This document shows positions 10,873 to 18,170 of a stretch of DNA of 19,910 nucleotides, one piece after another. The stretch's first letter is position 1, and the number at the start of each line of letters is the position of its first letter. The translations under genes and the position numbers were made by a program. Below the pieces are notes generated by a model. It was given only the letters and a program-made list of their open reading frames with translations, was not told the origin of the DNA and searched no databases. This stretch comes from an uncultured Gemmatimonadota bacterium (GTDB lineage: Bacteria > SM23-81), in NCBI GenBank assembly GCA_964584035.1, contig CAZOYL010000036.1, positions 1 through 19,910 on the forward strand, given 5' to 3'.

Positions 10873-11295
10873 ATGTTGCGTCAAAGATCCAAGACCGTCA
10901 TGTCTGTCGTCAATTCTCTGATCGTGCTGTCCCTGGCCGCGCTGCTGGTGGGAGCGGCCGCATCGTATGCCTGTGATATCGATGTGGCCATCAAGATCTC
11001 GCCCAACGTTCTCAACCTGGGCCGGCCGGGCGATTGCCTGACCGTGCACACCGATATCGGCTACAGCCAGGTGGTGGGCTCCACCGTGACGATCAACGGC
11101 GTGGCCATTCAATCCTGGGGGGCCGATAACCGCGGCCAGTTCGTGGCCAAGTTCGACATGGCCGATATCGCCGGCCTGCCTCTGGAGATCGGCGCGTACA
11201 ACCGCTTCGAGTTCACCGGAGAGACGGTCAACGGAGAGATCTTCTGCGGAGCCGAGGAGATCATGGTGATCAACAACACGCCCCCGGCCAGGTAG
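10873..11295 (+). CDS. Small secreted hypothetical protein (beta-rich single domain)
   Basis: GGAGGT RBS; hydrophobic signal peptide ending ASYA; mature part IDVAIKISPNVLNL...FVAKFD...FTGETVNGEIFCGAEEIMVI; host-like codon usage. Confidence 0.8.
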   Translation: MLRQRSKTVMSVVNSLIVLSLAALLVGAAASYACDIDVAIKISPNVLNLGRPGDCLTVHTDIGYSQVVGSTVTINGVAIQSWGADNRGQFVAKFDMADIAGLPLEIGAYNRFEFTGETVNGEIFCGAEEIMVINNTPPAR

Positions 11296-11556
11296 CCGCA
11301 GGCGTTTTTTGTCTTATTGTTTGAACCGACTTGTTTGAACAGACTCCCGTCCCGGAGGTCTCTATCACCGGGGCGGGAGTTTCTTATGCGCCCGGGGATG
11401 GTCTCCGGTGCGGAGTTCAACCCTATCATCCGCGCCTCCGCGAGGGCGTTTTTCATCTCCGGAGGAGGGGAAATGTCGCGGCTGTTTTTTAGAGCGGCAT
11501 CTCCGGAACACCGGATATTATTTACAAAATGAAGATATGTTATTCTGAAAAGAATC

Positions 11557-11585
11557 TTGACAGCCGCCGGCATCTGTGATATAAT
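11557..11585 (+). promoter_or_regulatory. Perfect-consensus sigma70 promoter with extended -10
   Basis: TTGACA (11557-11562), 17 nt, TGa-TATAAT (11580-11585). Confidence 0.88.
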
Positions 11586-11667
11586 TTATCTATTATAGCT
11601 ATGGTTATGGTCTTCCTTGATACCGCGAGGAGAGGTTTTTCAGCCGGGAAGAGGAGGCAGCGCCGTG

Positions 11668-13236
11668 ATGGGGACGATTCCGTACAGGCCATTTCTTCTG
11701 GCCGGCCTTTTTCTTCTGCTGGGCCGGGGAACAAGCCCGGCCGATGAGTGCCAGTTGTTCGCCGCCACCGGGAATGTCACCCGGGACAGCATCACCATCC
11801 TGGCCAAATGCCGGGACCTGTATTCTTCCGTGGAGCAGAGGATCTGGCTCTCGCCACGGACCATTCACGATCCGGGCGACAGCATCCATTTTCGGATGAT
11901 CTCCATCCCGCAGTGCAGCCTGACCCACAAATTCATCGCCACCAACAGCTACGTGCTGGACCAGACCAGCGGTTACGGGATCAACGAATATGGGCTGGCC
12001 ATCATCAGCCACGACATGGATTCCTGGGAAGACGACAGCCTGGGCAGCGAACATTTCTTCGATCAGGATTACATTGCCCTGGCCCTGGCCAGATGCCGAA
12101 CCACCGGGGAGGCCATCGACCTGTTCGAGGAGCTGATCCTGCCCCGGGGGATCAATGCCGAGACCTACCTGCTGGCCGACACCGCCGGGCTCTGGCTTCT
12201 GGAGACGACCGGTTACAATTACGTGGCCAAGCCCATCCGTGACGACGTGGTCTCGGCCCGGCTGAAGAAGTACAATATCCGAACGGAATGGTCCGTCCCA
12301 GGTAACCGGCACAGCTCCGGCCTCCTGGCCAATGCCGCCGCCCACGGCTGCGACACCACCGACCTGGATTTCGCCGCGTGTTTCAGCAACCGCCCACCCG
12401 GCGTGACCGATGCCGATCTGCTGGCCTTAAAGGACAGCGGCGACATCGCCGCCGCCGACATGAGGCAGCTGCTCAGGGACAAGGCCTATGATGCCACCGT
12501 CTCGGCCTGCGTCATGCTCGTCCGGCCGGAGAAAGATCCCCGATTCTTCGGGGTGCTGTGGGACAGCCGGGCTGATCCGGAATACGGAAATGTCTTTCTG
12601 CCCCTGTGGATGGCCGTCAGCGACTCGGCCCTGCCGGGGCACTACACCAGCTGGCCGCCGGAGGACGGCGACTGCGCCTGGAAGAAGTTCTCCAAGATCA
12701 CCTGGGATCCGGTGAAATACACCGCCGCCGAGCCCATCTGGGCGGTCTGGCAGGCGGGGCTGGATGCGGAATTCGCGAGCGTCGAGACGGCCATGGAGGG
12801 CTATCTGGATGCCGGCGACACGGTCGGCCTGCGACCCTATATCGACGAGTATGTTCATGGGGTCCTGGACAGCGCCTACGATCAGGCCGTGGATATCATC
12901 GAGAAAGCGGGCGTGCCCCTGGCCGTGGCGGATCTCTCGGCCCGCAAGGCTGGAGAGAACCTGATGCTGGAATGGGCGGCCGCGACTTTGGATCGCCTCG
13001 GAAATCCGGTGACGGTGGACGAGTACTATGTCTTCCGGGAAAAAGACATCCTCTCCAAACCCGTCGTCCAGCCTTTCGATACCGTCGAGGTGTGCTGCTA
13101 TCTTGACACCACCGGCGTCATCGGGGATCCGGCCAAGGTCTATCGATATTGGCTGACGGCCGTTGCCGGCTGCCGGCAGTCTCAATATTCAGAACAGGTG
13201 GGGGTATTCGATCGGTCGCTGATGACGGAAAAGTGA
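11668..13236 (+). CDS. Secreted Ntn-hydrolase cysteine peptidase (C69/C45-like) with shared FN3-like C-terminal domain
   Basis: GAGGAGG RBS (start GTG 11665 or ATG 11668); signal peptide then C-QLFAATGNVTRDSITILAKCRD (candidate N-terminal Cys nucleophile), GINEYGLAI, ALARCRTTGEAID, YLLAD..GLWLLET. Confidence 0.8.
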   Translation: MGTIPYRPFLLAGLFLLLGRGTSPADECQLFAATGNVTRDSITILAKCRDLYSSVEQRIWLSPRTIHDPGDSIHFRMISIPQCSLTHKFIATNSYVLDQTSGYGINEYGLAIISHDMDSWEDDSLGSEHFFDQDYIALALARCRTTGEAIDLFEELILPRGINAETYLLADTAGLWLLETTGYNYVAKPIRDDVVSARLKKYNIRTEWSVPGNRHSSGLLANAAAHGCDTTDLDFAACFSNRPPGVTDADLLALKDSGDIAAADMRQLLRDKAYDATVSACVMLVRPEKDPRFFGVLWDSRADPEYGNVFLPLWMAVSDSALPGHYTSWPPEDGDCAWKKFSKITWDPVKYTAAEPIWAVWQAGLDAEFASVETAMEGYLDAGDTVGLRPYIDEYVHGVLDSAYDQAVDIIEKAGVPLAVADLSARKAGENLMLEWAAATLDRLGNPVTVDEYYVFREKDILSKPVVQPFDTVEVCCYLDTTGVIGDPAKVYRYWLTAVAGCRQSQYSEQVGVFDRSLMTEK

Positions 13237-13267
13237 TGGCATGAATCGAGCGCTACGTTAATAGAGT

Positions 13268-13309
13268 TTCCGCCTCTCCCGGGATCATCGAAGAGACGGA
13301 AGTTTTTTT
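13268..13309 (+). terminator. Probable intrinsic terminator (imperfect stem)
   Basis: TTCCGCCTCT...AGAGACGGAA followed by GTTTTTTT. Confidence 0.55.
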
Positions 13310-13342
13310 AGACACAGGATGAGAAGCGTATCGTCTCTCTGT

Positions 13343-13372
13343 AGCGTCCTTACTCTGGTGAGGACGTTTTTT
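13343..13372 (+). terminator. Second intrinsic terminator
   Basis: AGCGTCCTTAC-TCTG-GTGAGGACGTT followed by TTTT. Confidence 0.65.
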
Positions 13373-13441
13373 CAATCTCCGGGCTAGTCATTACCGAATC
13401 CCTATCCCCGTTTTTGCGACCAACACGGCGGCGTTTTCCTC

Positions 13442-13470
13442 TTGACAAAAGGCCACGAATCTGGTAGAAT
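13442..13470 (+). promoter_or_regulatory. sigma70-type promoter with extended -10
   Basis: TTGACA (13442-13447), 17 nt, TGg-TAGAAT (13465-13470). Confidence 0.82.
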
Positions 13471-13506
13471 AAATAAATAAGAGGTGAATACAAAGCGGTG
13501 TTTCCT

Positions 13507-13548
13507 GACGATGATGTATAGACGATGGTCTATAGACGATGACCTCAA
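13507..13548 (+). repeat. Three 14-nt tandem repeats in the 5' UTR
   Basis: GACGATGATGTATA / GACGATGGTCTATA / GACGATGACCTCAA, directly before the AAGGAGG RBS. Confidence 0.75.
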
Positions 13549-13558
13549 GGAGGCAGGT

Positions 13559-16500
13559 GTGAGAGCAGTCCGGTTCGGCATGAGTTCCCCCTTCGTGTTG
13601 ATCATGATGATCATGGTTTCCACCCTGATGATGACCGGGATGGCCCGGGCTCGTCTCACCGAGGATGATATCGAGGCCCTGCGCCGGCAGGGCGAGCAGG
13701 AGGGCTGGACCTTCACCGTGGGTCCCAATCCGGCCACCGAGTACGATCTCGATCAGCTGTGCGGCACCGAGGTGCCCGAGGATTGGCAGATGGGCGTGCC
13801 CATCGTCCCGCCGGTGCCGACCAAGAGCCTGCCGGCCCGGTTCGACTGGCGCGACTCCAGCGGGACCCCGCCGATCCGGAATCAGGGCGGTTGCGGAAGC
13901 TGCTGGGCCTTTGCCACCGTGGGCGCCCTGGAATGCAACATCAAGATCAAGGGCGGGGTGGACGTGGACCTCTCCGAGCAGTGGCTGGTGAGCTGCAACC
14001 GGGACGGCTGGGGCTGCGGCGGGGGCTGGTTCGCCCACGACTATCACGAATGGAAGACCGATCCCTGCGGCGGAACCGGAGCGGTGCTGGAGACCTACTT
14101 CCCCTATACGGCCACCAACGGGTCCTGCGATTGCCCCTATCCCCATTCCTACCTGATCAACGATTGGGCTTTCGTCGGCGGAGCGAACCCGCCGATCGCC
14201 TCGATCAAGCAGGCCATCATGGATTTCGGCCCGGTGTCGGTCTGTGTTTATGTCAACAGCGCTTTTCAGGGCTACAACGGGGGCATCTTCAACGGCTGCC
14301 AGGAGGGCGGCTGCAACCACGCCGTCTGCCTGGTGGGCTGGGACGATGATCAGGGCGACAGCGGCATCTGGTTCATGCGCAACTCCTGGGGATCCAACTG
14401 GGGCGAGAGCGGCTACATGCGCATCCCCTACGGCTGCTCGATCATCGGCGACTACGCCTGTTACGTGGATTACCGCGGCTATCCCCAGGCCGTGCTGACC
14501 CATCCGGCCGGGGGCGAGATCTTCTACGAGGATATCGACATCACCTGGACGGCCATCGATCCCGATCCCGGGCAGACCGAGCTGCTCAGCATCGACCTGG
14601 AATACAGTCCGGACAACGGCACCTCCTGGACCGTCATCGACACCGGACTGACCAACGGCGGCTCATACCTGTGGGACATCTCCGGTCTGAGCCAGGGAGC
14701 CAAGTACCGGCTGCGCATCACGGCCACCGATCCGGACCTGTCCTTCGATGTGGACACCACCGATGCGGCCTTCACCATCTCGGGTCTGCTGCCCGAGGCG
14801 ATCTGGATCGAGGAAGGCGGCGCCGATTACGAGTCCTTCGGCTGGGCTCTGGCCGGTGCCGGCGACGTCAACGGGGATGGATATGAGGACGTGGTGGTGG
14901 GAACGCCCCTCTACCCGGACATCTATACCCTCAACGGGGGCGCCTTTCTGTACCTGGGGAGCTCCTCCGGCCTGTCGACCGAGCCCGATTGGTCCGATCA
15001 GGGCGAATCGGCCATGGATTATTTCGGCAGTGCCGTGGACTGGGCCGGCGATGTCGACGGCGACGGATACGGCGACCTGATCATCGGCGCCGAGGGATAC
15101 AGCAACGGGCAGACCGGGGAAGGAGCCGCTTACTTCTATGCCGGCGGCCCCGGCGGACCGGGGACGGCGCCGGATGCGGTTTTGGAGATCGACGCCCCCG
15201 GGGCCTACTTCGGCTTCTCGGTGGCCGCGGCCGGCGACGTCAATGGCGACGGCTACAGCGATGTGATCGTCGGAGCGCCTTACTATGATGTCAGCGGATA
15301 CGATGAGGGCCGCGCCGATGTGTTTCTGGGCGGTCCGGCGGGTCTTTCGGTCACCCCGGCCTGGACGGCACAGGGCGATGAGAACGAAGCAACCTTGGGA
15401 TATTCGGTGGCCTCGGCCGGCGACGTCGATGGCGACGGATACAGCGACATCCTGGTGGGGGCGCCCAACTACAGCATCAGCGGCGGAGAGCCCATCGCCC
15501 AGGTCGGCCGCGTCTATCTCTACCTGGGCGGCCCCTCTGGTCCCTCGCTAACCCCGGACTGGACCTTCACCGGCGGTGACGATTACGAGAAGGTCGGCCT
15601 GTCGGTAGCTGCGGCCGGCGATGTCAACGGCGACGGGTACAGCGACATCGTCGCCGGAGCCCCGGGGTACACTCAGTTCTGGGTCGGCGAGGGGCGGGCC
15701 TATCTCTTCCTGGGAGGGTCCGGCGGGCCGGCCGATAGCGCCGCCTGGACCGGCCAGGGCGGCCAGCAGACGGCCGACTATGGATATTCGGTGTCATCGG
15801 CCGGCGATATCAACGGGGACGGCCTCGGCGATGTGCTGGTGGGAGCCCAATCCTATGATGACGGCGAGGCCGATGAGGGCTGTATGATCCTCTATTTAGG
15901 CAAGGAACAAACCCCCTATCTGGTCCAGGCCTGGAGGACCTACGGCGATCAAACGGAGGCCTATTTAGGGTATTGCGTAGCCGCCGCCGGCGATGTGGAC
16001 GGTGATGGATTCGGCGAGGTGCTGGCCGGGGCCCATCTGTACGACGGTGCCCAGACCGATGCCGGCCGGGTCTTTCTCTATCCCGGCGGCTCGGTACCCG
16101 GCCGGCTGACTTTTTGCCCGGGCCAGGTCCGAACCGATGGAATGGCCCCGGTCGGTCCTCTGGGCTTCTCCGGATCGCAGAGCCAGGTGCGTCTGCGGGC
16201 GACCGGCTGGTACCCGGATATGAGCGAGTATGTCAAGCTGCAGTGGGAGGTCAAGCCTCTGGGGACGAATTTCGACGGCACCGGGCTGGGCGAGAGCGCC
16301 GCCTGGATGTTAGCGGATTCGGCCACCGGCGTGGAGCTGGAGGAGACGGCCGGCGGGCTGCTGGGGGATACGCCTTACCATTGGCGGGCCCGGGTGCTGT
16401 ATCAGCCGGGCAACCCGCTGGAGCTGGACCACAGCCGGTGGCTGTCGCTGCCGTACAACGGTCCTAATGAGACCGATTTCCGAACCGGTGACGGCGGCGG

Positions 16501-16825
16501 ATCGCCGCCCGTCGCGGTGGCCGGCCTGAAAGCCCGCCTGACCGGCGGCGCCAAATCCTCCGCCGGTGATATTCTCCTGACCTGGACCGAGCCGTACGCC
16601 GAGTCGGGCGTGTCGCACTATGTCGTCTACCGCAGCACCATACCGGCCACCGACGGGGACTCACTGGCCGCCACCGCCGATACCGTCTATCTGGACAGCG
16701 GGGCCGCCGGCGACACGCTGGCCAATTATTACTACACGGTCAAGGCGGTGGATTCCGATGGCCGCAAATCGGCCTCCTCGGGACGGGTGGGAGAGTTCGA
16801 CAGACACCTGATGACATCGGAATAG
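13559..16825 (+). CDS. Secreted papain-family (C1A) cysteine protease with 7 FG-GAP repeats and shared FN3-like C-terminal domain
   Basis: AAGGAGG then GTG 13559; signal and propeptide; LPARFDWRD, NQGGCGSCWAF (catalytic Cys), DLSEQWLVSC, NHAV (His), RNSWG (Asn); seven AGD(V/I)(N/D)GDG..(D/E)..(V/I/A)G repeats. Confidence 0.93.
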   Translation: MRAVRFGMSSPFVLIMMIMVSTLMMTGMARARLTEDDIEALRRQGEQEGWTFTVGPNPATEYDLDQLCGTEVPEDWQMGVPIVPPVPTKSLPARFDWRDSSGTPPIRNQGGCGSCWAFATVGALECNIKIKGGVDVDLSEQWLVSCNRDGWGCGGGWFAHDYHEWKTDPCGGTGAVLETYFPYTATNGSCDCPYPHSYLINDWAFVGGANPPIASIKQAIMDFGPVSVCVYVNSAFQGYNGGIFNGCQEGGCNHAVCLVGWDDDQGDSGIWFMRNSWGSNWGESGYMRIPYGCSIIGDYACYVDYRGYPQAVLTHPAGGEIFYEDIDITWTAIDPDPGQTELLSIDLEYSPDNGTSWTVIDTGLTNGGSYLWDISGLSQGAKYRLRITATDPDLSFDVDTTDAAFTISGLLPEAIWIEEGGADYESFGWALAGAGDVNGDGYEDVVVGTPLYPDIYTLNGGAFLYLGSSSGLSTEPDWSDQGESAMDYFGSAVDWAGDVDGDGYGDLIIGAEGYSNGQTGEGAAYFYAGGPGGPGTAPDAVLEIDAPGAYFGFSVAAAGDVNGDGYSDVIVGAPYYDVSGYDEGRADVFLGGPAGLSVTPAWTAQGDENEATLGYSVASAGDVDGDGYSDILVGAPNYSISGGEPIAQVGRVYLYLGGPSGPSLTPDWTFTGGDDYEKVGLSVAAAGDVNGDGYSDIVAGAPGYTQFWVGEGRAYLFLGGSGGPADSAAWTGQGGQQTADYGYSVSSAGDINGDGLGDVLVGAQSYDDGEADEGCMILYLGKEQTPYLVQAWRTYGDQTEAYLGYCVAAAGDVDGDGFGEVLAGAHLYDGAQTDAGRVFLYPGGSVPGRLTFCPGQVRTDGMAPVGPLGFSGSQSQVRLRATGWYPDMSEYVKLQWEVKPLGTNFDGTGLGESAAWMLADSATGVELEETAGGLLGDTPYHWRARVLYQPGNPLELDHSRWLSLPYNGPNETDFRTGDGGGSPPVAVAGLKARLTGGAKSSAGDILLTWTEPYAESGVSHYVVYRSTIPATDGDSLAATADTVYLDSGAAGDTLANYYYTVKAVDSDGRKSASSGRVGEFDRHLMTSE

Positions 16826-16841
16826 CAGTTACAATAAGAGT

Positions 16842-16950
16842 GGCACTTCAAACGGACGCCTTTCGTTTGAGGCGAGTAGCTTTCTCACGCAAGCGGCTGA
16901 GGAAGTATCACTGAGCCTCTGGAACCGACGAATCGGCGTCCGTTTTTTTC
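16842..16950 (+). ncRNA. Candidate structured RNA / long hairpin ending in a U-tract (could also serve as terminator of the protease gene)
   Basis: Nested stems AAACGGACGCC/GGCGTCCGTTT, TTCGT/ACGAA, GAGGC/GCCTC, CTTTCTCA/TGAGGAAG, a C-GCAA-G loop and a terminal T7. Family not recognised. Confidence 0.4.
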
Positions 16951-16952
16951 TA

Positions 16953-16981
16953 TTGACAAAACCCTTGAAATATGCTAGGAT
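16953..16981 (+). promoter_or_regulatory. sigma70-type promoter with extended -10
   Basis: TTGACA (16953-16958), 17 nt, TGc-TAGGAT (16976-16981). Confidence 0.75.
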
Positions 16982-17033
16982 ATTAGGAGAAAGTAACCGA
17001 CAAATATCGCCCGTTCACCGATGGAGGTAATGT

Positions 17034-18101
17034 ATGCGCGGTAGATTGCTGGCTTTCGTGTCCGGGATCATCCTGGCCGGAATGATGGCCTTCAGTCCGG
17101 CCGATGCCGCCCAGCGCTGCGTGCTGGCCGAGCTGTTCGCCAGCACCACCTGAGGCAGCTGCCCCTATGCCGAGGCGGCGCTTGACAGTGTTGTCAAGAA
17201 CAGTTTCAGTCCTGATCAATTGGTCGTCATCCGTAATCACGTGGGCGGTAACTTTTACACATCCGAGGCCAGCGTCAGGTTTTTCTATTATCCCGAAACC
17301 TCTGCCGGAAGCCAGGGTTACGCCCACTGGATGCCGACGGTGTGGTTCAACGGCATGGACGAGCAGACCGGCGCCTGGACCAATGTCTACACGACCTGGT
17401 CTGCTTATGATGAGAAAATCAACAACTGGCTCTATGTGCCCACCCCTCTGGCTATCGACGTCCAGGTGGAATACGACCAGAAATCCGATTCCGGCATGAT
17501 CCATGTGGAGGTCTTTGCAGAGAGCATCGTCGGCTTCGACGACCTGCACCTGCGCATCGCCCTGACAGAATCGGACATCACATATTCGTCACGTCACTTT
17601 GATCAGATCCTGCGCGACTATCTTCCCGATGCCGGCGGCGTCGCCTTCGACATCGCCCAGGGGGAAACCTTCTCGCATTCGGAGCCCTTCATCATCGACT
17701 CGGGATGGTCTGCCGCCGACTGCGACATCGTCGTCTACGTGGAGAACGATGCCGAGCGGATGATCGTGCAGTGCGCCCAGGCGCCCGTGCCGGCTCAGAC
17801 GCCGGTGGCCGAGGAGGCCGCCGGCAGCAGCCTGCCGGAGCAGTATCGGCTGAGCCAGAACTTCCCCAATCCGTTCAATCCGGAGACCGAGATCCGGTAT
17901 GTTATTCCCCGGGACGAGCGGGTCGATTTGAGAGTCTATAACGTCACCGGAGCCGAGGTGGCCGTGCTGGCGAATGGTCGCCGGGCGGCGGGGTCATATG
18001 CGGTGAAATGGAACGCAGGAGATCTGGCCAGCGGGGTGTACTTCTGCCGCATGCAGGCGGGAGGAGTCAGCCGGACGGTGAAGATGGTGCTGCTGAAGTA
18101 G
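17034..18101 (+). CDS. Secreted Omp28/thioredoxin-like probable selenoprotein (UxxC) with T9SS type-A-like C-terminal domain, 355 aa
   Basis: GGAGGT RBS, ATG 17034: MRGRLLAFVSGIILAGMMAFSPADA-AQRCVLAELFASTT-[TGA 17151-17153]-GSCPYAEAALD..., in frame with the 17220..18101 ORF (VIRNH, MPTVWFNG, LRIALTESDI, ILRDYLP, IVVYVEND; CTD QNFPNPFNP...ASGVYFCRM...KMVLLK). Confidence 0.87.
17181..17198 (+). other. Candidate bacterial SECIS hairpin
   Basis: CTTGACA-GTGT-TGTCAAG, a perfect 7-bp stem whose loop starts with GU, 34 nt after the in-frame UGA. Confidence 0.6.
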
Positions 18102-18170
18102 AGAAATCCCGTGGTCGTGTTCGCCGGTCGTGTTCGGAAAAGCCGGCCGGAAATGAGCAGAATAAAAATG

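Noticed and set aside
11390..11440. Fluoride riboswitch (GGGGATGGTCTCC)
   Set aside because: Lacks the downstream conserved elements and lies upstream of the next gene's promoter; no crcB-type gene nearby.
7249..14503. Long minus-strand ORFs (7249..8370, 8201..9199, 9305..10375, 11605..12345, 12427..13185, 13391..14503)
   Set aside because: Antisense to well-supported plus-strand genes.
14836..16083. Recurrent GCCGGCGA(C/T)GTC(A/G)A(C/T)GG DNA repeats resembling a spaced array
   Set aside because: They are the coding FG-GAP repeats: degenerate at third positions with about 180-nt spacing. Not CRISPR, and no cas genes are present.
16842..16950. Assignment to TPP, yybP-ykoY, THF or c-di-GMP riboswitches
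   Set aside because: Only short fragments match (GCTGAG, GAGTAGC); the remaining conserved cores are missing.
17220..18101. 293-aa ORF as the real gene, or the locus as a nonsense pseudogene
   Set aside because: The TTG at 17220 has no RBS or signal peptide. The upstream in-frame segment is intact and the single TGA falls at the redox Cys position, which fits selenocysteine better than decay.
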